Positions 38,901-49,975 of a stretch of 64,000 bases of DNA are shown piece by piece (the stretch's first letter is position 1; each line of letters starts with the position of its first letter). The DNA is taken from assembly GCA_001179505.1 (NCBI GenBank), contig CDMY01000520.1, forward strand, positions 290,038-354,037, written 5' to 3'. The position numbers were made by a program, and so were the translations under genes. The stretch comes from Vitrella brassicaformis CCMP3155. Lineage: Eukaryota; Protista; Chromerida. Under the pieces are notes generated by a model. The model was not told the origin of the DNA. It saw nothing but the letters and a program-made list of their open reading frames with translations, and ran no database searches.

Positions 38901-40025
38901 TCGCCGAAGACCAGGCTGACGGGTGAGGGAGGAGTGCTGTCGACGGCACCCGTGTGGACTGTGCCGCGTGCCAAGGTGCGAGAGAAGCCGCCACCGCCGA
39001 TGACGGAAATCTCATCGGGCGAAAGGTGAGTCGTGCAGCCTGGGATGAGAAACTCGTACCATTACTCAACCAAGTCATATTATGTTGCTCCTTGCAGCTC
39101 GCGCGTCGCGCCTCCGCACGTGGGAGACACGTCAACGGATCACGAGTCCGTCCTCGAGTACACCGGCTCTATAGCCGGCCAGCCGGTCCCCCGCGCCACC
39201 CTGACCCGCCCTCCTCCGCTCCCTCAGTCCCCAGTCGAGCCCCCCCACGTGCCTATCCCATCGAGCACCCTTGGTGGCTCAACCAAGTGGATATCGCCTC
39301 CTATCACACACACCGGGTGGACACGCAAGAGCGACCTGAAAGCCTCGCCGCCCACACACACTCTCGGGCTGAAGGTCACGTCAGAGCCCAACAGGGAGGG
39401 GGGCGCCACCGACCAGATTCGTGACAGCAGAGACATGGCCATCACCGACATGCTGCCTCTGCTGTCTGAACGTGGAGGCATGCCTGCACGGATGCTGGGT
39501 GCGTCGGAACGGTTCAAAGCTCCGGCAGGCGAGTCATTCGCCGAGTGGATCAAGCGCAACAAGAAAAAACCTACCCAAGGGAAAGAGACAGAGGCGGGAG
39601 GGCGAGAGAGGAATGGCAATGGCAATGAAGACGCATCGCCGACCGACAGGCGACCGATGCGGCGAAGACCAGGGCGCAGACTGGTCATCAGCACCTCCAG
39701 AGACGAGGCGGATATGCAGGTGGACGGCCAGTCGGCTGCTGAGGCCGACGAGAGGTCTCCCGCGATGCAAATTGGCGCCGGAGCTATGCAGATTGGCGGC
39801 ATGAGCTTACCGAGCCCCTTGTCGAAAGCAATGAAGGGCGGATTTAGACGGGTCAACTACCGTGCGCCCTTCAACAGCATGGTGCCGACACCAAGCGTGG
39901 CAGACCTGCACAGCCACGTGGGGGATAACGCATCGGAGACGACGGTAGACAATAAGGGCATGGTGGATATCATCGCTTCCACAATGGGGAAAGTCATCAA
40001 GGAGAGAGAGCAGACACTGGGGTGA
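29961..40025 (+). CDS. Very large hypothetical coiled-coil / low-complexity protein (about 20 exons; could be two adjacent genes)
   Basis: Long exonic ORFs (29961-30828, 33683-34798, 35422-35997, 36026-37450, 37492-38481, 39033-40025) linked by GT-AG introns; heptad-rich segments (YRAQLQQCVEQIRSLQEQC, KNKAEMEQKLTTMQRELDN) and a K/E-rich block. No recognised domain. Confidence 0.55.
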
Positions 40026-40492
40026 TCGATAGAGATTGAGGCTTGGGGTGATGCGGGCTGGGCGGCAGAGACACGGGTTTGTTTGATACTGGTCTGGGTT
40101 CGTGTGAGATGAATTGTCAGATGGATTTATCTGGACTGAGCAATGCTCTTCATGTCTGCAATACTTCAAGACCTGGCATTAACGAGTCTCTCAGCGCGAC
40201 AAAGCGAAAGTGTGCATCTCACGGAATCCATACGGATAGAAACCGAGAAATTGACCGATGGAAGCAGCACACAGACTTGCATACAAATGCGAATGGCTGG
40301 CTGAATCGAAACAAATCATCACTCAACAAGACATCGCCCACATCAAATCAAGTCCCACATGACGAAGATGACAATGCATCGAACAAGAAGATATAGAATG
40401 TAGGTAGCGATGACCCTTTGGCAGATGAGCTTATCTGGAAGAGCCTCCCAGTCTCTCGATGGACCTCTGAAGCTTCGACCACAGCAACAGCA

Positions 40493-41559
40493 TCAGTATG
40501 CTTTAAACCCAACACTGCCACGAGCTCCTCTCCAGGGACTGGCGGTCAATTTTGCATGTAAGCCTCCCCTTCGCCACTGCCTCGTCTCTGTGCTGCTGCT
40601 GTCGTTTCGAAAGGCAGGAGGCCACACGGGGCACTCTTGCAGCCTGCTTGGATGGCTTTGATGGGGGAGGGGGCGGGGAAAGGGGAGGCGTGGCCGGCAC
40701 TGGTGGCATATGTTGAGGGCCGGGCGGAGGGGAGGGGGTGGGGGGCGGCCTGGCTGGGACAGGCTGCGCACGGGCGGCGCGGCGCGGGGGACTTCAGGGA
40801 CATCCTCTGGGGTTCGTGGGGGCGGCAGCCTGATTGGCGGGATGTTCTCCAGCTCTGCCTCGAATCGTGCTGCCGCCTCTGCCACTGCGATGTCCTCCAG
40901 CTGCTGCGCGAGAGCGATGACCTCCTCTCTGTCGACGTCCTCGTCGGCTACTTCGCGCAGCTCGAGGTATCGCTGGATGAGCGCCGTCCTCCGCTCTGGT
41001 GTAGGTAGACGAGGCCGCATTGGCGTGGAGGGTGTTGACTCGGGGGACACGCATGCTGCACAATGGAGACACGCACGAGACAGGCAGAGGTGCCGCGTTT
41101 CCTGGAAGTATGCATGCACAGGGGCCTTCCTTTCTCTGTTCTCTTTGCTTCAAGGCTACGGTGTCCTTTCAAATCGTCCCCCAGCTCACCACGAATGAGG
41201 TAAGGCATTGCAAAAGCCACTCTTGCTCCTTGCTGTGCTGCGGTGTGGCTGTGCTGCGGGACACGCGGGCTCAGCTCGCAGTCGAAACTCCAATCAGGGA
41301 CGCTCCGTTTGGTGACGTCAGCATCATGGAGTTGAATGACTTCGAGGCTGCTGGCGGCGGCGGCGGCAGGGGATAGGCCGCCAGCAGCCCCGCGAGGATG
41401 TGGTTGAGCTGCTGGTTGGTGAAGTCATAGTTGTTGGGCACCTGACCCCCGCTCGCTGAAAGCCCGAAGAGGGCACTCTGGAGACCGATGCAGCCACGAG
41501 GGTGGGTGTAGAGGTACCAGATGCGCTGCACGGCTTGCGTGAATTGGGCCCTGGCGCAT

Positions 41560-41591
<32 letters not shown>

Positions 41592-42765
41592 GGGGAGGGA
41601 TTCACAGTTCGCATTAGTGTGTCCGTCCGTCTTTTCTTCGCCCTTTTGTCGGCCTCACGGATGGCGGCAGGCGTTGATGATTGTGTGTATCAAGGCCTTG
41701 TAGGCGGCGGGCCAGGCGTCGCCGCTGCTGGACGGTCAGCCCGCGATCGTACAGGTGAAGGCCGCCGTCCGCGCGTTGTTCAGGAGGAACACGCTGCTGT
41801 GGACGACCGGTTGGGGATGAGGATGTCGGGACCATTCACCATGCGGATCCACAGGCTGCCGGCAGCCCGGCGGCGCATGAGCTCCCCGACTGCGTTGCGC
41901 ATGGGTTGGCGGGGCTGCGCAGTCATGAGCAGGCGGGCCAGCGGGACCGCCACGCAGCAAAACCAGATATACAACCGCACCCGGACTGATGGACAAACAA
42001 ACAAACAAACCAACCAACAAGCAGCAGCAGGAAGAATGACACGTTCATTTGTTTGTTTGTGGGTGAGTGACGAAGGTTTCCTCACTCTCTGGGCACGGCT
42101 GTGGTATCCAGACCTGCTCACATACAATTCACAACACGACACCCACACGCTGTGATGTGTTGGTGACATATTGGTTGAGCCAAAAGAATTACGTGGCATA
42201 CTGAATTGACAAATACCCACTCGTAGCTGAGAAGAGAGAGAACACACCAATGCGCCGGTTGTCTTACTTCCAGTCTGCGGTTTCTCCTATCTGGTTGCCG
42301 TTCTGCTGGAGATACTGCACGACGAATGGCAGGTAGTGCCACAGATTTATCGTCACTTGCTGCGAACAAGCACAGACACATTCACACACGCGAATGTCAG
42401 TGCATCTTCATGCATGCAACGCATGATGAGTGCAGTGACATCTGCCTCTCACCGTATTCGTGCAGTACATGGGCGTATATCTCTCGGTGGTCGGGAAATA
42501 CAATCCCCGCCACCGACCACACTCCCGCCACCAGAATCGGCAGCATGTGGGGGTGGCGGCCGTCGTGCACTGGATCTTCTCCATCAGGAAGACGAAGACG
42601 TATTGGGGTGGCCTCGGCTGCGGGCGGCCTCCTTCGTCCGGTGCTCTTTTGTGGGAATTCGTTTTTGCGAAGAACAGACTGTTCAGACGACACCTGAAGG
42701 GCCCTCGGCCAGGTAGCAACATTTGATTGGAAACTGCTGAATCCATCTCCTTCGTCTCGTCTCAT
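40493..42765 (-). pseudogene. Disrupted multi-exon gene of unknown family (frameshift plus in-frame stop)
   Basis: Coding-like exons with GT-AG ends (QVTINLWHYLPFVVQYLQQNG, IRVRLYIWFCCVAVPLARLLM, AWPAAYKALIHTIINACRHP|AQFTQAVQRIWYLYTHP, LIQRYLELREVADED). The reading frame shifts at about 41805-41812 and is interrupted by TGA at 41738-41736. Outer limits approximate. Confidence 0.4.
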
Positions 42766-42927
42766 CGAAACTCGCCGTTTTCAAACCCGCTCCTTTCCTT
42801 TCCTCCTACCCAAGGGAGGAGGAAGTTCAGAGAAGAGGCGACCCTCCTTTCCCCTTCTCAACCCTTGCCCTGAACGTGAAAGTGTGCGACAGAGGTGGTT
42901 GAGAAATCGAACGTAGAAGCAGCAGCA

Positions 42928-44008
42928 ATGACGAGTTTTCGGACAGTTCTTCGTCCCCTGTGTGCCTGCCGAGGCCGGCAATGCGCCACTATGCTGAAAC
43001 TGCGTACCTGCCTCAGCCATCGTCGGTGCGCCTCTTCCAGCGTCGGGGGGGAGATGTGTGATCAGGTGTTTGGAACGGAACGCCCTGGCTTCCTCGTGCA
43101 CGACTTCTGCCTCTCATTCGCACCCGAACACAGGTGAGCGGCAGCAAGGCCCATTCGCTGTGTCAAACTCTGTGTTGTCGGTTGATCTCACTCACTACAC
43201 CTCTGTCTGTCCGTCTGTCTGTCTGTCTGTCTGTGTTGTGTCTGTCAGGCAAGTTGGGTTTTATCAATGGCTGGACGAGGTGAATCGGCCGCCGGTCAAG
43301 AGCGCAGTGGGGTGCTGGGCGGTGCTCGTATGGCTGAGCAAGAAGTACGACAGCTGTGGCACCGTGGATAATCTCCACCACTGGCTCCGCTCCTTCGCCA
43401 AACTGGGCGCAAAGACGCTGTTGGTCGAGCCGTCGGACGCTGGTGAGAATGACTTTTGACAGGCCGAGCATCTGTAGGCGGAGAAAGTGTCCCATTCTTC
43501 CTCTCTCCTCCCTCTGTGTGTGTGCGCAGAGCAGCAGGAGGGTGTGGTTCCCGAGGGCATCTCCGAGAGCAACTTCCACTCCCTGCCGGTACTCGCGTGC
43601 ACCGGCCATGCGCCGGAATCCCTGTCGCGCGTCATCCCGTTCGCCGTGTCGATCATATCGCCCGACTACGTGCTGCGATATCACGAGATCTGCGAAACAC
43701 ACCCCGACGCTAAGGCGGACGTGCTCAGCAAGAGGAAGGGCACCGAGCTGCTGCCCGAGGCACTCAAAGCGCTGCCAGAGCTGCAGGTAGGCGCGTGCAT
43801 GGGATGCACGCCTGGTGTGCGCCTGTACCGATGCGTGTGTACGTGTGTTTGTGTGCAGGACCACTGGAAGTCAGGTCGATTTAAGTACCTTGAGGCGGCT
43901 GTGTGTCCCGTGTGCCACGGCGTAGGCTGCCACCGTCATGTGGGGGAGATCTTCAAGCGGTTCAGAAAGACGATGCGCGCCAGTGATGATGACTTCCTCC
44001 ACGCTTGA
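42928..44008 (+). CDS. Hypothetical protein with an Arg-rich N-terminus (possible mitochondrial presequence) and a C-terminal Cys/His cluster
   Basis: Four GT-AG-linked exons: MTSFRTVLRPL...FAPEH, QVGFYQWLDEV...EPSDA, EQQEGVVPEG...LPELQ, DHWKSGRFKYLEAAVCPVCHGVGCHRH...DFLHA-stop. Confidence 0.65.
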
Positions 44009-44595
44009 TCGGCAGACAGACAGACAGACGGACAGACGGACAGGCACAGAGGGAGCTAGAAGAGAGAGAGAGGGTATTTGTCGTCGATGCCGGCACGTTT
44101 GCTGCCAGTGGCTGGCTGGCCTTGTTTTTGTGTATAGATATTGCAGCAAAAGCATCAGCAGCAGCAGCAGCACTGGAGTGTGTATCTCTGTGAGAACTCG
44201 CATCTCTTGTATGTCTGTCTGGTCGAGAGGCAGGTGTGATACCCGTTTGTTGATGCGATGTTCCTGTGAGGTGGTTGCTGGTGTGTGCCTGGATGGGCGG
44301 CTCGGGGGGGCCTGTTGGTTGCCTCGATAGGAGGGCTACATGCATGTGTGGCGGGCAGGATACTATGGCCACATGTGTGAGACTGTCTGAGGCGAGTCGA
44401 CCTCCCGTGCCTGTACATCTTGATGGTGCTTGGATCATGCTAATGCTCCTGTGCTGTCCAAACTACGCGAGATTTACACTACGCGAGAGACCCTAGCAGG
44501 AGAGAGAGCCGCCTTGCTCCATAGCGCCTGGCTGCTTGACCAGTCAACCTTTCTGTCGGCATTCCCCTGGTCTGGTTCCTTTGAAAGACAGAAAG

Positions 44596-45235
44596 ATGGG
44601 TAACAATCACAGTGCGAACCGCCATGGTGCCGTTATCGACGACCACACACTTGACTTCCTCCACAAAGCCGACAGAGATGCCCTCCACACGTATGCAAAC
44701 CACACACGAATCAATGAGGGAGGGGGAGCGGCAGTTGACAGCTCTGTGTGTGTGTTTGGGTGTGTTGTGCCATCTGTGTATGTGTGAGCCGGTCGGAGGT
44801 CGGCAGCCTCAGAGTCACGGCCCATTTCCTCTATGAAGTCGACTTCTCGGCTGCCGTCCTGCGCAATCGCCTGGGCCGCTGCCTGGCGGCCAAGGGACTT
44901 CAGACCATCATCGCCTTCGACGCTCAGCTGGACCGGCCTCTGCTGCTGAAGGCCATCTGGCTGGTGGACACGCAGCAGTGGACTGAGGTGGCCAATGCGC
45001 TGAAGTTGGCGAGGCAGAGGGGGTTCTGTCAGCTGCCGATAACACTGGCTGTGGCCGACATGCAGCGTCACGATAGCAAACAGGTGGGCAGATGAGCGTG
45101 GGGCGGGGCGGGGGGCACTCATCGGTTTGTCTGTCTGTCTGTCTGTGGTGTCTGTGTAGGCGTATTTGGCCGATGCGCGTGTGATCGCATTGTGGAAGAT
45201 GGTCGGCAGACACGTCAACTTCGGCGGCCAGTTGG
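44596..45235 (+). CDS. Lineage-specific multicopy family, copy A (truncated by assembly gap)
   Basis: MGNNHSANRHGAVIDDHTLDFLHKADRDALHT|RSEVGSLRVTAHFLYEVDFSAAVLRNRL...; high nucleotide similarity to 46199-46850 and 60832-61390. Confidence 0.6.
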
Positions 45236-45535
45236 NNNNNNNNNNNNNNNNNNNNNNNNNNNNNNNNNNNNNNNNNNNNNNNNNNNNNNNNNNNNNNNNN
45301 NNNNNNNNNNNNNNNNNNNNNNNNNNNNNNNNNNNNNNNNNNNNNNNNNNNNNNNNNNNNNNNNNNNNNNNNNNNNNNNNNNNNNNNNNNNNNNNNNNNN
45401 NNNNNNNNNNNNNNNNNNNNNNNNNNNNNNNNNNNNNNNNNNNNNNNNNNNNNNNNNNNNNNNNNNNNNNNNNNNNNNNNNNNNNNNNNNNNNNNNNNNN
45501 NNNNNNNNNNNNNNNNNNNNNNNNNNNNNNNNNNN
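45236..45535. other. Assembly gap (300 N)
   Basis: Run of N directly in the sequence. Confidence 1.
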
Positions 45536-45639
45536 ACACACACACACACACACACACCCAGAGAGAGGGCAACCAAACCATGGAAAGAAGGAGATGTAAA
45601 GAACAGCCATCCGACGGTGAGCGTACCAGTGTAGATCAC

Positions 45640-45954
45640 TCTTAGCTCAGAATACTGTTGCTGCACACGCGGATTGCCCTTGAAGGCCTCCATAAGTGTT
45701 TCCAGGCCCTCGTAGTCGCCCAGATTGAGGCTGAGCCGGCCCTCGGCAGCGCTGCTGTCGGTGCAGGAGCGGGGCAGCCCGGCGAATGGGTCCTCCTGGC
45801 CGTGCTCATGTGCAGCAGCAGCAGCAGCATTAAATTTGGCAGCTCCGAGAATGATCTTGGCTGCCCGCAGCTGGAGGGGAAGTGGCCATTGCACCTCAGC
45901 CACGCACTTGACGGGCACCAGGGGGAAGATTTCCGACTCATCTGCCTCACCCAT
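45640..45954 (-). CDS. First exon of a hypothetical gene whose remainder is lost in the gap
   Basis: MGEADESEIFPLVPVKCVAEVQWPLPLQLRAAKII...DYEGLETLMEAFKGNPRVQQQYSELR followed by a GT donor at 45639 and a (GT)n intron that runs into the Ns. Confidence 0.45.
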
Positions 45955-46198
45955 TGTTCTCACAAGCAGTGAAAGAAACGAGCGATGGAGGTTAAAGAGA
46001 AGAAAGACGCTCGCAGCGAAGGCCTCCTCGCCCTCGCAGCTCGCATGAAAAAGATGGGTGGAAAGTGGGCGGAGAGTGGGCGTGTGCAATCGGCAGTGGC
46101 CTCCTGCAGTGTTCGACAATCAAAACCATTGATTTCATCCATAGCATCATTGGGATGAGTGTGAAGCTGATCCGTCCGGCAGAAGCGTAGAGGGGGCG

Positions 46199-48112
46199 AT
46201 GGGCAACAACCACAGTGCGGACCGCCATGGTGCCGTTATCGACGACCACACACTCGACTTCCTCCACAAAGCCGACAGAGATGCCCTCCACACGTATGCA
46301 AACCACACACAAATCAATGCGGATCAATGAGGGAGGGGGAGGCAGTTGACAGCTATGTGTGTTTGGGTGTGGTGTGCCATCTGTGTATGTGTGCAGCCGG
46401 TCGGAGGTCGGCAGCCTCAGAGTCACAGCCCATTTCCTCTACGAAGTCGACTTCTCGGCCGCCGTCCTGAGCAACCGACTCAATCGCTGCCTGGTGGCCA
46501 GGGGGCTGCAGACCATCATCGCATTCGACGCTCAGCTGGACCGCCCTCTGGTGCTGAAGGCCATCTGGCTGGTGGACACGCAGCAGTGGACTGAGGTGGC
46601 CAATGCGCTGCGCTTCGCGGCTCCGAGGGGCTACTGTCAGCTGCCGATAACACTGGCTGTGGCCGACATGCAGCGTCACGATAGCAAACAGGTGGGCAGA
46701 TGAGCGTGGGGCGGGGCGGGGGGCACTCATCGGTTTGTCTGTCTGTCTGTCTGTCTGTGGTGTCTGTGTAGGCGTATTTGGCCGATGCGCGTGTGATCGC
46801 ATTGTGGAAGATGGTCGGCAGACACGTCAACTTCGGCGGCCAGTTGGGCCGTTTTGAGCTGTTCGACCAGGCGGGCGGCGGTGTGCGTGCCCTCCGCGAC
46901 GAGCCGGGCTTCGAGCTGGACATCAACCCCCCCCTCCCCCCCGCCCACCCATACCGCCCACACGCCATCAACGACAACCCGCCCATCAGATCCACAATCA
47001 GCTGGCAGGGGGGCGGCTGGACGGCCGGTGGTGAGGAGACCACTGATGCCTCGGCGTCGGCGTTCATCATGGGGACCATCATGTGGCCTTCGATGGCCAA
47101 TGAAGGGCGGACGCCTTGGGTTGCCTTTGACCGGTACGCAGGACACGACACTCAGGCAAACACACATCCATCCATCCATCACGGCCTCTTCCCTCTGTCA
47201 TGTGCTGGTCTCCTCAGTCATGACCATGGCGGTGTGCTGGACGGCCTCCTCAACCACTCGCCCCACCAGCCCCCCAACGGATGCACCGCCGTCATGGCGG
47301 GCAGGTGGGACGATGATGATCCCCCTATACAGCTTCGGCAGCTGCTGCTGACGCCGTTCGACAGCCCATTCGTCGCATCTGTCGATCTGTGTCTCTTGCC
47401 CGACACGGACATAGGTGAGGGAACGGATAAGAAATCTTTTGCTGATTGAGCCGTCCTTTGACGTGTGTTGTGTCGCTGAATGCAGTGGGTGTTTCTGCCC
47501 TCACCACCGAGCCGCCAGTGGGTGATGCATCGGCTGCCTTCAAGGACCGCCGGCCGACCACCGCCCCTCTGATGCGCGGCCCGCTGGGCAGCACCATCGC
47601 AGACATGGTGGTCAACCGACAGGAGAAAGTCGCTGATGAGGGTGAGTGTGCAGCCGGCCGCCTCCACCTCGGTCTGTCGGTCGGATGAGTGTGTGTGTGT
47701 GGTGGTGCGCAGATGAGGGTGCGGATGACGGCGATGGCGACAGTGGTGAGGGTAAGTGGTGTGTGTGGGGTGCCCAGCCCGCCTTGCTAGGTGTCTTACT
47801 CGTATGTATGTATGTGTGTGCAGAGGATGATGATGACAGTGCGGATGACGGCGACAGCGATGAGGGTGAGTGGAATACATGTGTGTGTGTGTGTGTGTGG
47901 TTGGGCCCACTTGTATGTTTACGTGTCTTGAGTGTGCAGATCTGGATTGCGATATCGACGGAGAGGGCGACGGCGAGGGCGAGGGCGAGGGCGATGGCCA
48001 GCAGCAGCAGGAGGAGGAGGAAGAGGGTGAGATGGGGGCAGAGGAGGAGCCAGATCGGGGCGACATACACGCACTCATTGTGTGCGTGATGGATGTGATG
48101 TATGTAGGTTGA
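46199..48112 (+). CDS. Lineage-specific multicopy family, copy B (apparently intact; acidic Asp/Gly/Glu C-terminal tail)
   Basis: MGNNHSADR start; conserved core DFSAAVL..RL.RCL, KAIWLVDTQQWTEV, CQLPITLAVADMQRHDSKQ, ALWKMVGRHVNFGG, DEPGFELDINPPLPP, HDHGGVLDGLLN, FKDRRPTTAPL; ends in short exons encoding DEGADDGDGDSGE / DGEGDGEGEGEGDGQQQQEEEEEG. Confidence 0.7.
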
Positions 48113-48719
48113 TCGACTACACACAGAGCAGCCCAATCGACCAGATCAAGCAAATAGAATCGATGGCCGGTTTTGTGTGAATGCTGTACGTACAACTCAC
48201 ACTTTGTACTGTCACATACTTACATACATGCATGGCTGACTGAGTGTGTTGTGTGGCTCGTGTGTCGATTCAGTTCATAGTCACGTCCAAATGCTTCGCC
48301 TCACCCTTCACTCACACCACACACACGCAATGCACCCCTTCAGCCGACAATCACATCCTCACACACACACACACACACACACACCGCAGGCTCAACCTGT
48401 GCGAACTGCAACGCGCCTCTCAACTTGAGAAAACATCAACACATCTCCCCACGAGCCACAGTTTACGGCCGGGATGCCTGTAGCCGTGGCCGATCCGCAT
48501 CGTCATCGCAGCGGGTGTATTTTGACACGGAAGACGCGGCGCGAACGGTTAACGCGTCTTCCGAAACGACGGGAGCACCCTTTTCTCGCGATCTGGGACG
48601 TTGGAATGTGATTGTGCGTAAATCAAGATGCATGCGTGTTCCGGCGAAATCTCTCTCTCGATAAGGAGGTTGGTTTAGCCGTCGAGTGACCCATCGTCTG
48701 CGACGTTTGCTGAGCCGCG

Positions 48720-49431
48720 ATGATGCGTCGTTTCGGCCTCGGTTTCATCCTCGTGGTCGGCCTGGCCGCCATTGTGGCAGCCCAGCGCAATAGCTACTAT
48801 GGCGGACGTAAGCCACAGGGGGGACACACACACACCGAATCGACCGTACACCATGGCAGATCTGCCCAAGGGTACTAGTAGGTGCATGGCTTAATGGATT
48901 TCTTGTGTTTGGTGTGTGCAGGTGCGGACTCGTCCATGTGGCCGGACGACCAACTGCTGAACGGGCGCACTCACATCGGCCAAGGTACTATACTTTTGTG
49001 CCCATTCATGGCAGAGAAAGCACCTGTGTGCCTTTCTGCTGCCAGGCGGCCAGTTCGCTTCGGAGTTGTCACTGGTGCAAGTTCACCTGGACCACGCCGC
49101 AAACACCGCCGCCGCCGCCCACAGGCTCAACACGGCCGCCCACCACATGAGCACCGCCTCCCACGAGCTGACCGCAGCGGCAATTGAAGCTGCTGCTGAG
49201 GCCCACCGCACACTCACACACATCGCCGCCGGAAAGACCAACGAGCATGGTACGTGCGCAAGTCGACACCCAAACGGGCGTGCATGTCATGTGTGACCGT
49301 CTGTTTGTGCAGGTGAATCCTGCTCCTTGCAAAAACTCACCTACGACGAGCCGGACGATGTGGATGCTTGCGACGGCGACGAGATTTGCCTGATCACCGA
49401 GGAAATTGATGACGAAGGTCATAGCATTTAG
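48720..49431 (+). CDS. Small secreted His/Ala-rich protein (about 150 aa, 5 exons)
   Basis: Signal peptide MMRRFGLGFILVVGLAAIVAA; all four introns are phase-1 GT-AG and keep the frame, including a 12-nt exon (48860-48871); core VHLDHAANTAAAAHRLNTAAHHMSTASHELTAAAIEAAAEAHRTLTH; acidic/Cys tail ESCSLQKLTYDEPDDVDACDGDEICLITEEIDDEGHSI-stop. Confidence 0.75.
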
Positions 49432-49975
49432 AAATCATACTACGGCGAGTGTATCCCTGCCGACGAGGCTGACGAGAAGTGTGAGAGTGGCGACCCCAGT
49501 GCTTGGAGCAAGGAAAGCGCACAGCTGTTCTGCTACGGCGAATTGAGTGGGTAGGCTGGGCGCTCGTGGCAAGAAGGCCTCATCTAAGCAAACACATGTG
49601 TTAACTGCCCGGCGGTAGCTGACAGACAAACTGCATACGCCTCGCTCCTTTCTTGCGGCGGCTGCGTATGCACTGTTGTTTCGTTACTTTCTGCCTGCTT
49701 CCTGCCTCCTCCCTCAGTGCCATTGTATAAGTCCGAAAGGCGTCGCTTTCATTTTTGAGTACCACCCTGCTGTCTGCATGTCATTGGGTGGATACATAAT
49801 ATGTGGTCCCCAAATTACTTACTACGCGCACATCACATGCGGTCAGACCAATATAAAGCGAGTGATGAGGTCCAGCAGGTCTGTCTACCAAATGGACGAA
49901 CAAGACACGTGCTCACAGACAGACGACACACAGCACAGCACAGCACAGCCACACTACAGCTTCAGTCGTCTCAAC

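Noticed and set aside
41736-41738. In-frame TGA as selenocysteine or readthrough
   Set aside because: A frameshift lies about 70 bp away, there is no redox-motif context and no SECIS was identified; decay or error is simpler.
44607-46119. ORFs spanning the N run
   Set aside because: Artefacts of translating Ns as X.
48675-48887. Minus-strand ORF with a hydrophobic stretch
   Set aside because: Antisense of the signal-peptide exon of the plus-strand secreted gene, whose splice phases are fully consistent.
49080-49250. Homology of the His/Ala protein to Plasmodium HRP2/3
   Set aside because: No AHH/AHHAAD tandem repeats; only compositional resemblance.
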